DNA of 64,000 bases from Acidobacteria bacterium UBA823 (GCA_002296225.1 DBHR01000080.1:13362-77361); one strand, 5' to 3'. Numbered from the stretch's first letter, positions 1 to 10,981 are shown. The notes: generated by a model not told the origin, from the sequence alone. Translations and numbers: made by a program.

Positions 1-1865
1 TCCGCAATTGACAGGCGGGCATCGGCGTTCTCTTCACGCTCGGCTCGCGTCAGTGCAAAGGGGAAATATGACCCGATCTCGCTCGATAACCGATCCGGCG
101 CGCCGATACTGGGATGGCGATAATTCCAGCCGGTCTGCGTGGCCAAAGGGACCACGATTTCCGGTAACCGAATACCGGCACGGTCGTTCCCGTTCTTGTC
201 AACGGCGGGCACGAGCTGGACGAACGGGTCACCAATGAGTGGCGGCTCATTCGACACAATGCCTACAGACCAATCGGGGCCGAAATCGAGACGAAGTGCC
301 GTTAGCGGTGCCTGTGGCAGGCCAACGCCCGTTCCATGTGGCCAGCCGGTCTCGGCGGGCGGCGTCAGCGTCCCGTCCGCCAGGCGTGGATGTCGGTTAG
401 GCGGCGGCTCGTGACCGTCGACAACCCAGGCATCAAGCGCATCGAACAGCGCTCGGACCACCGGTGCGTAGACCAGGGGATTCATCGAGGCCTGGCCCAA
501 GAATGCTGCCGACGGATTCGGCGCCGGGGGAAAACGACCGATGATATGCGGTGCCGACGCGATCATGTAGATACGACTTGTGTCGGGCGGTGCAACGTCC
601 CGCACGCCAGTCGGGTCGGTATGGATCAGCGAGCCAGCCCGGTTGAAGTACTCCGAGTTGGTCAGTAGGTGAAACACCTTCGGGACCGTGCCGCTGCTTT
701 CGGCCCGTCGCAACAACCCGTCGGTCGTGCCGGTCACCGGGTCGGTCAACGTTGCGTCGGCGAACGGAAACATGTCCACTGGAAAGAGAAAGTTGAAATG
801 CTGCAGTGCGTCGCGTGAAGCTTGGCCGAAGCGGTGGTTGAACGACCCACGGCCGGCGCCACCGACCTGATCGAAGACGCCGTCGAAGACCTGCCGACCT
901 GTTTCATCCTCGTTGAATCCTTGATAGAGGAAGTGGCGGAGAAACCGCCCGGTTTGTGACACTCCCCACCCGAGCGCGTAGTCAATGCCGGGCAACGGGT
1001 TGTCTGCACTCTCCTCGTACTTGAAAAAGCTAACGATATCGCGCGTGCCAGCGAGACCCGTGCCGACGACACGCGGGCCTTCACTGAGGTAGATGACGTC
1101 ATAAATTCTTCCCGGTACAAACCCGCCGTCGAGCTCAACGGTGCCCGGGTCGGTGAACTGCCAGCGAGCACGTGGCACGATTTCCGGTGGATCGGTCGGC
1201 AGCGTCTTACCCATCATTACGTGCTCGTCGCTCGCAGGGTCGACAACCGAGTAGGCTCGGTGTCCCCGGTCAGCGACGAGCGCGGTCGATCCAACCGGAC
1301 CCACGAAATTGCCACGGACGAAACCGGTGATTGGTTGGCCATCGTTCGTCGCAATCGGCATCGACATTCGCATCCGCCCGTCCGGCACGTCCCACTGCCA
1401 GCCCATCCAGAGGAACGCGAAGCCGCGTCGCATGAGCGCGCCGTCTCCGAAGTCTTCAGCGATTGTCGGGTCAGCAGACCTACTCGCCTTCTGGAAGGTT
1501 TGGAGAATTCGCTTGCTGCCACGGTTCCCCGCTTCGTAGAAGAGTCGACCGTTACCGCGGTTCGGGTCCACCGGCTTCAGGAGGTAGAAGTCAGCGCTGA
1601 ACTTGACTTTGCCGCGCACGTTTCGCGGTGCGAGCTTCAGGTCGACAACGATGTCGTTTTTGGGCAGGTTGGGATCGAGTTCGAAATGAGCGATGCCCAC
1701 GAGCTTCTCGTACGGTCCAGCGAGGCCAAACGGTCGGCCGTTGAGGATGACCTCGCGCCGCTCGATTTCGAGTCGTACTAGCCGCGCTTCGGCAGGTCTT
1801 GCGAAAGCCAGGAACACCGAGATACCGACCCAAGTGTTGACGATCAGAAATCGGGGTAGAGTCAT
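1..1865 (-). CDS. Secreted alpha/beta-hydrolase-domain family protein (C-terminus cut by window edge)
   Basis: Absent from the ORF track because it runs off the edge. The minus frame is open from the ATG at 1865 to position 1. Hand translation: MTLPRFLIVNTWVGISVFLAFARPAEA (signal-like) ... GRLFYEAGNRGSK ... RRGFAFLWMGWQWD ... FALTRAEREENADARLSIAE. From memory this resembles large uncharacterised 'alpha/beta hydrolase domain' proteins of soil bacteria. The other ORFs listed in 1..1830 look like shadow frames. Confidence 0.6.
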   Translation of the reverse strand, partial: MTLPRFLIVNTWVGISVFLAFARPAEARLVRLEIERREVILNGRPFGLAGPYEKLVGIAHFELDPNLPKNDIVVDLKLAPRNVRGKVKFSADFYLLKPVDPNRGNGRLFYEAGNRGSKRILQTFQKASRSADPTIAEDFGDGALMRRGFAFLWMGWQWDVPDGRMRMSMPIATNDGQPITGFVRGNFVGPVGSTALVADRGHRAYSVVDPASDEHVMMGKTLPTDPPEIVPRARWQFTDPGTVELDGGFVPGRIYDVIYLSEGPRVVGTGLAGTRDIVSFFKYEESADNPLPGIDYALGWGVSQTGRFLRHFLYQGFNEDETGRQVFDGVFDQVGGAGRGSFNHRFGQASRDALQHFNFLFPVDMFPFADATLTDPVTGTTDGLLRRAESSGTVPKVFHLLTNSEYFNRAGSLIHTDPTGVRDVAPPDTSRIYMIASAPHIIGRFPPAPNPSAAFLGQASMNPLVYAPVVRALFDALDAWVVDGHEPPPNRHPRLADGTLTPPAETGWPHGTGVGLPQAPLTALRLDFGPDWSVGIVSNEPPLIGDPFVQLVPAVDKNGNDRAGIRLPEIVVPLATQTGWNYRHPSIGAPDRLSSEIGSYFPFALTRAEREENADARLSIA

Positions 1866-2089
1866 CTCATTACCTCTTCGTTCATCGAATCCTATATCCT
1901 GCTGGCAACTTCAGGGTTGAAATTAAGCGGGTGCGCAGCCTGTCCGGCGTGGGGTGCGGCCGACCAGGTGCAGCGACCGCGAAGTGCGCACATGCCACTT
2001 ATCCAGCATTTGTCGATTTGGCTGTCAGGATTAGTCGTCATGTGGGAGTGCGTTGCGTACGTGACAGCGTTTCTCGATGGAACAGGTGA

Positions 2090-2530
2090 GTGATGCGATT
2101 CATGCTAACTATCCCCGTCCTGGTGGTGTGGCTCGTGGTTGGGGTCGTCGCCCAGGTTGACGACGAGAAGGTGCTCCGCGCTCTCGAACGGGCGCAGGCC
2201 GATGCAGTGGTGGCGCTGGACTTCGACGTGCTGAAGCGGATCTACGCGGACGACTTCGTCTTTACCCACGGCACTGGCGAGGTGCATGATGCCACGGGAT
2301 GGCTCGACGCACTGCGAGCTGGGCGTGAATACTTGTCGCGCGAGCACGAGACGATTGAGGTGGAGTTGCACGGCGACCTGGCGGTTGTCTACGGCGTGCT
2401 CCGCGTGCATGCCAATATAAACGGACTCGGCGGCCGATTCCTGGCTCGTTATGTGCGCGTCTACGAGCGACGTGAGGGTCGGTGGCAACTCGTTTCGCAT
2501 CGTACCGTCGAGCAAACGGAGATCACTTGA
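2090..2530 (+). CDS. NTF2-like / SnoaL-like (DUF4440-type) small protein with N-terminal hydrophobic segment
   Basis: 146-aa ORF. The pattern ...LERAQADAVVALDFDVLKRIYADDFVFTHGTGEV...RYVRVYERREGRWQLVSHR is typical of the NTF2-like cone fold. N-terminal TM/signal LTIPVLVVWLVVGVVA. Confidence 0.6.
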   Translation: MMRFMLTIPVLVVWLVVGVVAQVDDEKVLRALERAQADAVVALDFDVLKRIYADDFVFTHGTGEVHDATGWLDALRAGREYLSREHETIEVELHGDLAVVYGVLRVHANINGLGGRFLARYVRVYERREGRWQLVSHRTVEQTEIT

Positions 2531-2750
2531 CCTCCGTAGCGGTGAGGACCAAGGTTGCCACAGTCCGGCATTGCCTCGGGGGGTCTTGACGGAGTATCGT
2601 ATAAGGGCTCGCCTAGGACTTCAGCGTTCCAGTTTGATCATCTCGGGTAAGATCAGCGGACGACGTTGAGACCGGTTCGAGGGTCGTGTGCGACCTGTCG
2701 GCCGCCGAGGCGCCGTTGAATCGCTAGGGAGGTAGCTCATTTCTAACAGA

Positions 2751-3110
2751 GTGTTCGTCGGCAATCTGAATTACGAAACCACACAGCAAGACCTCGAGAC
2801 CTTGTTCTCTGGGGTCGGACCAATCTCAGAGGTTTTCCTCCCAACCGATCGGGCGACGGGCCAGCCACGCGGCTTCGCATTTGTGGAGTTTACCGACTCC
2901 GCCACCGTCCCGCTGGCAATTGAAAAGCTAGATGCAGCGGAGTTGAAGGGACGCAGCATCCGGGTGAGCGAGGCGCGCGCGCGCGCGCCGCGCAGTCCCG
3001 ATATGCCGTTCGAGTCGTCACCGTGGGGCGATGACCGGCCAAAACGCGGCGCGGGCGGAAAGCCGAAGGGCAGTCGTCGTGGCCTTCGTGGCCGGAAGCG
3101 TGGATTCTGA
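2751..3110 (+). CDS. RRM-type RNA-binding protein with Arg/Gly-rich tail
   Basis: RNP2 FVGNL and RNP1 RGFAFVEF motifs. C-terminal tail KRGAGGKPKGSRRGLRGRKRGF. GTG start as called by the track. Confidence 0.85.
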   Translation: MFVGNLNYETTQQDLETLFSGVGPISEVFLPTDRATGQPRGFAFVEFTDSATVPLAIEKLDAAELKGRSIRVSEARARAPRSPDMPFESSPWGDDRPKRGAGGKPKGSRRGLRGRKRGF

Positions 3111-3142
3111 TCCCGCGTTTTTTGACCTCTGGAGACGATTCG

Positions 3143-3424
3143 ATGCCCACCGCACGTGCACGGCACATTCTCGTGAAGACCGAAGACGCATGTACCGCCC
3201 TGAAGATAGAGATCGAAGGCGGTGCCGATTTTGCGGCAATTGCCAAACAGCACTCTCAATGTCCATCGGGCCAGCAAGGCGGTGACCTAGGTGAGTTTAG
3301 CGCAGGGCAGATGGTGCCCGAGTTTGACAAGGTCGTCTTTAACGAGGCAGTGGGCAAAGTGCACGGCCCGATCAAGACTGAATTTGGATATCACCTAATC
3401 AAGATCACCGAGCGTACGGTGTAG
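3143..3424 (+). CDS. ppiC: Parvulin-type peptidyl-prolyl cis-trans isomerase
   Basis: ARHILVK...GADFAAIAKQHSQCPSGQQGGDLGEFSAGQMVPEFDKVVF...FGYHLIKI is near-collinear with E. coli PpiC. I prefer the ATG at 3143 (GGAG 8 nt upstream) to the TTG at 3122. Confidence 0.85.
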   Translation: MPTARARHILVKTEDACTALKIEIEGGADFAAIAKQHSQCPSGQQGGDLGEFSAGQMVPEFDKVVFNEAVGKVHGPIKTEFGYHLIKITERTV

Positions 3425-3727
3425 CCACGGATGTCTTCAAGTGTTCCACGTCTTCCTCTCCTCGCGGTAAGCCTCTCAGAGTCTTGGTAGCTTGCAGCTG
3501 GCCGACCGGTTAGCGTCGCTCACTCACTGAACTACCGTGCTTTCTAGACACCCGGGGCCTCGGGTTATCGGCGATGGGTCTGAGACAACCCGTCATCCAA
3601 GAGTGCTTCCTTCACGGGCGAGCGAATCGGCTCATAGTCAAGAGCCCACTGTCTGCCTTTTCCGTTGGTTCCGCGTTAGAGTATAGGCTGGTCGGCAGTT
3701 CACTTTACCGCTGAAGGGAAGGTTGTC

Positions 3728-4909
3728 ATGATTCTTTTCCGGATTTTTCTTGCATCGGTTGCCACCAGCCTTGTTCTCGGCGGTTCCTCCGTGTCGGCGC
3801 AAGCGCCGTACTATCCACCGCCAGGGGAATGGGAGCGAAAGGCACCCGAGGAAGTTGGCATGGATGCGACACTTCTGGCCGAGGCGATCGCCTTTGCTGA
3901 GGCTGGCGAGACGAGCAAGCCGATGGACTTCTCGGATCAAGAGCAAATCTTCGGCCAGCCGCTCGGACCGCTGCCGAAACGCCGGGCCCACACCAATGGG
4001 CTCGTGATCCGGCGCGGCTATATCGTCGCGGAATTCGGCGAAACCGACAAGGTCGATCCAACTTACAGTGCGGCTAAGAGTTATCTCTCAACGATTGCCG
4101 GGCTGGCGTACGACCGAGGTCTGTTTACTGATGTACATCATCCGGTCGGACAGTACGTGAAGGACGGTGGTTATGACTCGCCGCACAACGCCCAGGTGAC
4201 TTGGCATCACCATCTGCAGCAGACCACCGAGTGGGAAGGCACGCTGTGGGATCGTCGCAGCGACTTCATCGGCAGTGTGGAGTTTGGTAGCGCCGAGCGG
4301 AGGCCGCGTGAGCTGCAGGCACCGGGCACTTACTACGAGTACAACGACGTGCGGATCAATAGACTCGCGCTGGCGTTACTGCGCCTGTTCGAGAAGCCGC
4401 TACCGCTTGTGCTGCGCGACGAAATCATGGACCCGATCGGCGCATCTAGCACTTGGTCGTACCATGGGTACTCCAACTCCGACGTCGTCATCAACCACCA
4501 AGTGATCAAATCGGTCACCGGTGGTACGCGCTGGGGCGGAGGTCTCTGGATCAATTCCTTTGACCATGCCCGGTTTGGCTTGCTGTTCCTGCGCAACGGA
4601 AAGTGGAAGAACCAGCAGCTCCTCTCAGAGGAATGGATCGAGACGGCGCTCACCCGCGGCGACGTCGGGCCCGACTATGGCTACCTGTGGTGGTTGAACA
4701 CGGAGGGCCGCGCCTGGCCCGACGCACCCCGCACCGCGTACCGCGCGAGCGGCCACGGATCAAACACGGTCTGGGTCGACCCGGAGCACGACCTGGTAGT
4801 CGTTTGGCGCTGGCACCAGGGACGCGCCAGTAACGAGTTCTACAAGCGGATCATCGCGTCGATTGGTTTGGAGACGACTGACCAGGCCCTAGCGGCCGTT
4901 CGTCCGTGA
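3728..4909 (+). CDS. Secreted serine hydrolase, beta-lactamase/transpeptidase-like family
   Basis: Signal peptide [26 protein letters not shown]. SxxK motif (YSAAKSY). C-terminal [21 protein letters not shown] is typical of the family. Confidence 0.7.
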   Translation: MILFRIFLASVATSLVLGGSSVSAQAPYYPPPGEWERKAPEEVGMDATLLAEAIAFAEAGETSKPMDFSDQEQIFGQPLGPLPKRRAHTNGLVIRRGYIVAEFGETDKVDPTYSAAKSYLSTIAGLAYDRGLFTDVHHPVGQYVKDGGYDSPHNAQVTWHHHLQQTTEWEGTLWDRRSDFIGSVEFGSAERRPRELQAPGTYYEYNDVRINRLALALLRLFEKPLPLVLRDEIMDPIGASSTWSYHGYSNSDVVINHQVIKSVTGGTRWGGGLWINSFDHARFGLLFLRNGKWKNQQLLSEEWIETALTRGDVGPDYGYLWWLNTEGRAWPDAPRTAYRASGHGSNTVWVDPEHDLVVVWRWHQGRASNEFYKRIIASIGLETTDQALAAVRP

Positions 4910-4919
4910 CGTAGCCGTC

Positions 4920-6860
4920 ATGAAACCCGTTGAATCGACGGAGGCTGGTCAGACCGGTCCGGTCGTGCCGGCTTGGCAGACGCTACCGGAGATCACGGCC
5001 AAGGCCGTGGTGCTCGGCGTTGTGTTGTCGATCGTCTTAGCTGCGGCCAATGCCTACCTCGGCCTATTCGCCGGTATGACCGTCTCGGCGTCGATCCCAG
5101 CCGCCGTCATCTCGATGGCCGTGCTGCGGCTGTTTGCGCGGTCGAACATCCTTGAGAACAACATCGTGCAAACGGCAGCGTCGGCCGGTGAGAGCTTGGC
5201 GGCCGGAGTCGTCTTTACGATTCCGGCGCTCATCATCCTAGAGACATGGACGGCCTTTCGGTACTGGGAGGTGACGATCATTGCGGCCTTCGGTGGTTTG
5301 TTGGGCGTGTTGTTCACCATTCCGCTCCGCCGAGCGTTCATCGTCGAACAACCACTGAGATATCCGGAGGGTGTCGCCACCGCTGAGGTACTGAAGGTGG
5401 CCGACGCAGGCGGCGGCGGTGTGGGATACCTGGCGACGGCGGGCGGCCTTGGCGCGCTGTTCAAACTCGGCGGCCTTGGCCTGAAACTCTGGCACGAGGT
5501 GATCGAATACGCGCGGCTCGCTGGCGGGTCGATTGCCTACATCGGGACCAACCTGTCGCCGGCACTCGTCGGCGTGGGCTATATCGTGGGTCTCAACATC
5601 GCGGTCCTCATTTTCATCGGTGGGGCACTGAACTGGTGGGTTGCGATTCCGGTGTTGGTGGCCACCGGCGCGGCACCGGACGGCGACCCCGTGGCGATCG
5701 CGGGAACACTCTGGAGTACCCAGACCCGCTATCTTGGAGTTGGGGCGATGGTCGTCGGCGGCCTCTGGATGCTCGTTCGCCTGCGGGGCAGTTTGGTCTC
5801 TGGCGTCCGCTCTGGCATCGAGGCCTATCACCGGATGCGCACTGGAGGAGGTGCCGAGGTGCCCCGCACCGAGACCGATACGCCGATGCCTTGGGTCGGC
5901 TGGGCGCTGGTGGCGTCGGTCGTGCCGCTGTTTCTCATTTTCAACTTCTTCACCGGCATCGTCTGGGTGTCGGCCGTGATGGCCATCGTCATGCTGGTGG
6001 CGGGGTTTCTGTTCTCAGCCGTGGCCGGCTACATGTCCGGGCTGGTCGGGTCGTCGAATAATCCAATTTCTGGCGTCACCATTGCAACGTTGCTCGTCTC
6101 ATCGCTTTTGCTAGTCGCCATGATCGGCGCGGATTCGCCGATTGGGCCGGCCGCCGCGCTCTTCATTGCCGCCGTGGTCGCATGCGCCGGCGCAATCGCC
6201 GGCGACAACATGCAGGATCTCAAGGCCGGCTATCTCGTTGGTGCCACACCATACAAACAGCAGATCATGCAGGCCATCGGTGTGATCGCGGCGGCCACCG
6301 TGATGGCACCGATCCTAACGCTGCTCTTGCGTGCCTACGGCATCGGCGGCCCGACGGTCGAGCAGCCCAATCCGCTGGCGGCGCCGCAGGCGACGCTAAT
6401 GGCGTCGGTGGCGCGCGGTGTGTTCGGCGGCGAACTCCCGTGGACGATGGTGTTTATTGGCATGGCGATCGCAGTTATCGTCATCGTGATCGACCTGATG
6501 CTTGAACGGCGCGCTGCGTCCTTCCGGGTGCCGGTGCTGGCGGTATCAGTGGGGATCTACTTGCCGTTCGAACTTGAGGTGCCCATTTTCGTTGGCGGCC
6601 TAATCGCTTGGGCGGCCGAACGAACGCGCCGTCGGCGCGGCGCGGCGCCGGGGGAGCGCTATGGACTGCTCTTCGCGGCGGGCCTCATTACGGGCGAGGC
6701 GCTCGTAGGGATTCTAATGGCGATCCCGATCGTTGTGACGAGCAACCCTGAGGTCTTGGCTGTCGGCCTGGCGCCGCAGACCTGGCTCGGCTTCTTGCTG
6801 CTTGTCAGCATTGCGGTAGGGCTGTATCGCAGTGCGACGAGTGGCGCCGTAAGTGACTAA
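4920..6860 (+). CDS. OPT-family oligopeptide transporter
   Basis: 646-aa polytopic membrane protein. [24 protein letters not shown] and [12 protein letters not shown] are typical of bacterial OPT-superfamily proteins. Confidence 0.85.
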   Translation: MKPVESTEAGQTGPVVPAWQTLPEITAKAVVLGVVLSIVLAAANAYLGLFAGMTVSASIPAAVISMAVLRLFARSNILENNIVQTAASAGESLAAGVVFTIPALIILETWTAFRYWEVTIIAAFGGLLGVLFTIPLRRAFIVEQPLRYPEGVATAEVLKVADAGGGGVGYLATAGGLGALFKLGGLGLKLWHEVIEYARLAGGSIAYIGTNLSPALVGVGYIVGLNIAVLIFIGGALNWWVAIPVLVATGAAPDGDPVAIAGTLWSTQTRYLGVGAMVVGGLWMLVRLRGSLVSGVRSGIEAYHRMRTGGGAEVPRTETDTPMPWVGWALVASVVPLFLIFNFFTGIVWVSAVMAIVMLVAGFLFSAVAGYMSGLVGSSNNPISGVTIATLLVSSLLLVAMIGADSPIGPAAALFIAAVVACAGAIAGDNMQDLKAGYLVGATPYKQQIMQAIGVIAAATVMAPILTLLLRAYGIGGPTVEQPNPLAAPQATLMASVARGVFGGELPWTMVFIGMAIAVIVIVIDLMLERRAASFRVPVLAVSVGIYLPFELEVPIFVGGLIAWAAERTRRRRGAAPGERYGLLFAAGLITGEALVGILMAIPIVVTSNPEVLAVGLAPQTWLGFLLLVSIAVGLYRSATSGAVSD

Positions 6861-6944
6861 AGCGCCGGCTTACGTAAGGGTTCCCTGAAGTTCACGGTGT
6901 TACGCGCGGTTCATGCACGCGCTGCGTTACGGAAGGGGTAGTAC

Positions 6945-8000
6945 ATGACCAAGACAGTGGCAGAAATTGCGAAGAGCCTCGGTGCTGAACTTGTGGGCGA
7001 CGCGTCTCACCTCATCACCGGCGTGGCGTCGCTGACGCAAGCGGGCTCCGATCAGATCGCGTTTGTCGATGCACCTGAACGGGTCGAAGCGGCGCTCGCA
7101 TCAGCGGCCGGCTGTTTGATCGTCCCGCCCGGCGTGAAATCGGGTTCCAAGACGCTCATTCACTCCAAGAACCCGAAGCTGGCCTTCGCTCGAGCGATCC
7201 AATTCTTCCACGTTGCCAAACCGATCGTCCCAGGGGTGCATCCGTCAGCAGTCGTTGGTACTGGCGTGAACCTCGGCGAGGGTGTCCGCATTGGGCCTTT
7301 TGCGGTGATCGAAGCTGGTGTTCGAATTGGCGCTCAAACTGATGTCGGTCCAGGTGTTTACGTCGGTGAGCGGTGTGTGCTCGGCGCTGCCTGTGTGCTC
7401 CACCCGCACGTCGTGCTATACGCCAACGTCACGCTTGGCGATCGGGTCACCGTCCATGCGGGTGCGGTGTTGGGAAGTGACGGCTTCGGCTATGTTGTCG
7501 ACGAGGGTGTCCACCACAAGTTTCCACAAATCGGGCGGCTGGATATCGCCAACGATGTCGAAATTGGTGCGAACACGACGATTGACCGGGGCGCACTCGA
7601 CGCAACCATGATTCAGGAAGGTGTGAAAGTCGACAACCTCGTACAGATCGGCCATAACGTGACCATTGGCGAGCACTGTATCCTATCGGCGCAGGTTGGT
7701 GTAGCCGGCAGCGCCCGTATCGAACGCGAGGTGCTCTTGGCCGGTCAGGTCGGTGTTGCGGATCACGTTACGATCGGACGAGGTGCTAGGGTCGGCGCAC
7801 AAGCCGGTGTGTTTGCCGGCAAGAAAATTCGTCCGAAGCAGGTCGTTGGAGGGACGCCGGCGCGACCGCTCAGTGACTGGAAGACCCAACATGCCACAGC
7901 CAGTCGATTGCCGAAGTGGAAGGCCGAGTTGGATGCGCTGCGGATACGGATTGCCGAGTTGGAGGCACAGGCCGACCAAGGGTCCTCGCCCCAACTATAA
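6945..8000 (+). CDS. lpxD: UDP-3-O-acylglucosamine N-acyltransferase
   Basis: N-terminal IAKSLGAELVGD...AFVD domain, then a long run of hexapeptide (left-handed beta-helix) repeats and a C-terminal helical tail. Size is 351 aa. Confidence 0.9.
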   Translation: MTKTVAEIAKSLGAELVGDASHLITGVASLTQAGSDQIAFVDAPERVEAALASAAGCLIVPPGVKSGSKTLIHSKNPKLAFARAIQFFHVAKPIVPGVHPSAVVGTGVNLGEGVRIGPFAVIEAGVRIGAQTDVGPGVYVGERCVLGAACVLHPHVVLYANVTLGDRVTVHAGAVLGSDGFGYVVDEGVHHKFPQIGRLDIANDVEIGANTTIDRGALDATMIQEGVKVDNLVQIGHNVTIGEHCILSAQVGVAGSARIEREVLLAGQVGVADHVTIGRGARVGAQAGVFAGKKIRPKQVVGGTPARPLSDWKTQHATASRLPKWKAELDALRIRIAELEAQADQGSSPQL

Positions 8001-8045
8001 TTGGTCCTTCCGTTCGCTTTATTGATTCTGAATGGAGGTTTGGGT

Positions 8046-8480
8046 ATGTCCAGTGAAAAACCAACGTATAAAGATGCCGACCTGATGCTGCGCGTGTATG
8101 AGCTCCGACGCGAAACCGTCACACGGGCGGCGCGCGACAAGATTAACTTCGGGTTTTGGCCGAAGAGCTATGACGATGTAAAGGCACTCAGTGCTTTCGA
8201 TCATCCAATGAACGCCGCGTGGCGTCAGGTCACCTCATATTGGGAGATGGTCTACGGCATGGCCCATCAGGGCATCGTGCATGTCGACTACTGGATTGAG
8301 AACAACGGCGAAGGGTTGTTCCTATTTGCCAAAGTGGCGCCCTACCTGACCGAGATACGGGCCGACGGTTCACCGATATCGTTCCAGCACCTTGAATGGG
8401 CGGCCACCGAGACCGACAAGGGAAAGCAGTACTTCGAGATGCTTCAAGGTATCGTGAAGAAGCGGCTCGCCTCCGAATAG
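8046..8480 (+). CDS. Hypothetical cytoplasmic protein, unknown function
   Basis: ORF with normal amino-acid composition (MSSEKPTYKDADLMLRVYELRRETVTRAARDKINFGFWP...). The ATG at 8046 is preceded by GGAGG with 7-nt spacing. No motif I can assign. Confidence 0.5.
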   Translation: MSSEKPTYKDADLMLRVYELRRETVTRAARDKINFGFWPKSYDDVKALSAFDHPMNAAWRQVTSYWEMVYGMAHQGIVHVDYWIENNGEGLFLFAKVAPYLTEIRADGSPISFQHLEWAATETDKGKQYFEMLQGIVKKRLASE

Positions 8481-8534
8481 TCCTTGGGGTTGGAGCCGCG
8501 ACCGTTGATCCGTGTGCGCTAGAAGACCAGAACC

Positions 8535-9662
8535 TTGAGGTCGTCCGTGAGGTCGCGATTCTTCCAGAAGTATCTACTGCCCGGGTGCATCTTTCAGTCG
8601 CTCATCATCGCTGGTGGGTACGGCACGGGCCGTGAGCTGGTGGAGTTCTTTCTCAGCCTTGGTCCCCTCACCGGATTGCTCGCGATGGGGCTGGCGACAC
8701 TGATCTGGAGTGCAGTCGCGGCTTCGAGTTTCGAACTGGCTCGGCTGACCCGGAGCTACGACTACCGGACGTTTTTCATTCGCCTGTTCGCGCCCTTCCA
8801 CCGCTTGTGGTTCGTTTTCGAGGTCCTCTATATTCTCCAAGCGTTTCTGGTGCTTGCCGTGGTCGCTGCGGCGGCGGGCGCGATTTTGCTCGAGACGTTC
8901 GGTGTGCCGCCGCTCGTCGGTGTCGTCGGAATGATGGCTGCGATTGGCTTCCTCACACTTCGTGGGACACCGGCGATCGAACGGTTTCTAGCGAGTTGGT
9001 CGTTCGTGCTGTACGCGGTCTACGGCGCGTTTTTCATCTTGTGCTGGACTCATTTTGGCGATGAGATAGCGACGGGGCTGAGCGGGTCGGTGGTCGAGGT
9101 GAGTTTAGTCTTTAAAAACGGCGTGGGATACGCCGGCTACAACCTGGCAATGATTCCCGCCATCCTGTTCTGCATGCGGCATTCGGAGACGCGCACCGAG
9201 GCCCTCGGTGCTGGCGTACTGACGGGACCGATCGCGATGCTGCCGGGTTTGTTGTTCTACATTGCGATGGTCGGCCAGTATCCGGAGATCGTGGGCGAAG
9301 AGGTGCCGGCGAACGTCCTGCTTGAGCTGATCGGCTCGCGCGGCTTCCAAGTTACATTCCAAGTCGTGCTCTTTGGCACGCTGGTCGAAACAGGCGCCGG
9401 ACTGGTGCATGCGGTCAATGAGCGGCTGGCGGCGACCTACGCCGAACACGATCGCGAGATGCCGGACCGCCTGCGTCCAGTGATCGCGATCGGGATGCTG
9501 TCTATCGGCGCCGTATCGGCTCAGGTCGGGCTGATGGATCTGATCGCACGCGGTTACGGCACGATCACGTGGGGCTTCGTTGTTATCTTCGTGATTCCGG
9601 TCTTGACGCTCGGGGTCTGGAGAATTCTAAAGTCAGCTCGTGCTCTGCCTTTTGGGCCTTAG
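8535..9662 (+). CDS. Polytopic membrane protein, YkvI-like / transporter-like
   Basis: About 10-11 hydrophobic helices. The N-terminal IIAGGYGTGRELVEFF resembles the YkvI-type membrane protein signature (from memory). TTG start as in the track. Confidence 0.5.
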   Translation: MRSSVRSRFFQKYLLPGCIFQSLIIAGGYGTGRELVEFFLSLGPLTGLLAMGLATLIWSAVAASSFELARLTRSYDYRTFFIRLFAPFHRLWFVFEVLYILQAFLVLAVVAAAAGAILLETFGVPPLVGVVGMMAAIGFLTLRGTPAIERFLASWSFVLYAVYGAFFILCWTHFGDEIATGLSGSVVEVSLVFKNGVGYAGYNLAMIPAILFCMRHSETRTEALGAGVLTGPIAMLPGLLFYIAMVGQYPEIVGEEVPANVLLELIGSRGFQVTFQVVLFGTLVETGAGLVHAVNERLAATYAEHDREMPDRLRPVIAIGMLSIGAVSAQVGLMDLIARGYGTITWGFVVIFVIPVLTLGVWRILKSARALPFGP

Positions 9663-10960
9663 TCTCTGGTTTTTCCCTGGGTTCCGCCACGCTGCTTCGT
9701 GGCCTGCGATTGATAGCCAGGCCGGAGTTCCTCGATCGCAGCGCACGCTACGTCGAGTGGGCGGTCGGCGTGCGCTTGCGCCGCCACGCGGCGGCAGGCT
9801 GCGGCGACGTTCGGGCTCGTCGTCAGGTGCGCCAGCGCCGCCGCGATAGCGGGCGCGCGATAGGCGCTGGGTCGGAGCGAGCGAGCCACCCCGAGTTGAC
9901 GCAGCCGTTCGGCGTTATCGGGTTGGTCGTAGGCCATCGGTTTGACGAGCTGGGGCACGCCCGCGGCGAGCCCCTGCGCTAGGGTACCGATGCCGCCATG
10001 GTGGACCAGCGCGCTGCAATGGGGCAGCAGTCGGCTAAGCGGCACGTAGTCAGCGTGGATCACGGATGTCGGCAGCGACGTGGGCACCTGTTCAGTGAAC
10101 GGCGTAAGCAGGATCCCTCGGTAGCCGAGCCGGTTACAGGCCATCACCGACGCTTCGAAGAACCGGCTGCCGTGACGCATCGCTGACCCCGGTGTGAAGA
10201 CAACCGGCGGGGGTCCGGTACTCAGAAAGGTTTCGACTGCCTCCGGAACGTCTCGCAATGCACTCTCGTCGTAACGCGGAAACCCGGCGCAGACGAGCTG
10301 TGCGGGCCAATCCGGCTGCGGTCGGGCGAACCACTCGGGAAAGAATCCGATGATCAATTCTGGGGAGTTCCACCAGACGTCGTAGAACTTTGAGGTCGAT
10401 TCAAGGCCGAGCGAGCGGCGGAATCGGTTCATACTGGGTCCCACCACGCGGTCGATCGCAAGATTCACCAACCCGAACAGCGCACGTTTCATCGGACGGG
10501 GCCATGTGTTGATGCCCGTGAGCCACGGGTGCAACACCGGTGACTCAAATTCACTGCGGAAGGAGACCGGCTGCAGCTGTACGGTGGCGAGTGGAAAGCC
10601 GTGCGCTTCGTGAGCCACGCGCGCGCCGAATGCCAGCGCTCCGGCTACCACCACGCTCTCGTGTGCGTGGGCATGGGCGCAGACGAGGCGATACAACTCG
10701 GGCGTCGCGTCGACAATCTTCCTGGCGATGATCTCGATGCCCTTGCGAGGATTCCAAATATCGGGATTGCTCGTGATGGTCTCGAATTCCTCGGCGGTGC
10801 CAGACCGCACGAATTCGAATCCCATCTGGCGGACCAGTGGCTCGAAGTAACTGTTGACGACCACTGTCACTGAGTGTCCGCGCGTTGCGAGCGCCGCTCC
10901 GAGTCCCATGAAGGGATGGATGTCTCCGGCACTGCCTACCGGAATGAGCAGAACGTGCAT
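9659..10960 (-). CDS. GT1-family (GT-B, MGT/RhlB/UGT-like) glycosyltransferase
   Basis: MHVLLIPVGSAGDIHPFMGLGAAL N-terminus and the C-terminal nucleotide-sugar motif HHGGIGTLAQGLAAGVPQLVKPMAYDQPDNAERL. Confidence 0.8.
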   Translation of the reverse strand: MHVLLIPVGSAGDIHPFMGLGAALATRGHSVTVVVNSYFEPLVRQMGFEFVRSGTAEEFETITSNPDIWNPRKGIEIIARKIVDATPELYRLVCAHAHAHESVVVAGALAFGARVAHEAHGFPLATVQLQPVSFRSEFESPVLHPWLTGINTWPRPMKRALFGLVNLAIDRVVGPSMNRFRRSLGLESTSKFYDVWWNSPELIIGFFPEWFARPQPDWPAQLVCAGFPRYDESALRDVPEAVETFLSTGPPPVVFTPGSAMRHGSRFFEASVMACNRLGYRGILLTPFTEQVPTSLPTSVIHADYVPLSRLLPHCSALVHHGGIGTLAQGLAAGVPQLVKPMAYDQPDNAERLRQLGVARSLRPSAYRAPAIAAALAHLTTSPNVAAACRRVAAQAHADRPLDVACAAIEELRPGYQSQATKQRGGTQGKTRD

Positions 10961-10981
10961 TCTTGGGAGGTTTCGGATTCG

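Noticed and set aside
2586-2605. TTGACG ... TATAAG promoter-like hexamers upstream of the RRM gene
   Set aside because: The hexamers are only 8 nt apart and so cannot function together as -35/-10.
3425-3727. 300-nt non-coding gap after ppiC, scanned for tRNA, SRP RNA, RNase P, tmRNA and riboswitch signatures and for small ORFs
   Set aside because: Only short local hairpins and 19-21-codon ORFs without SD signals were found. No conserved RNA motif that I recognise. Probably a promoter/5'-UTR region for the serine-hydrolase gene.
8481-8534. ORFs 8001..8480 and 8535..9662 are in the same frame, which raised the possibility of stop-codon read-through or fusion
   Set aside because: A second in-frame stop (TAG at 8520) lies between them, and the two products are unrelated in character (soluble vs polytopic membrane). 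The shared frame is coincidence.
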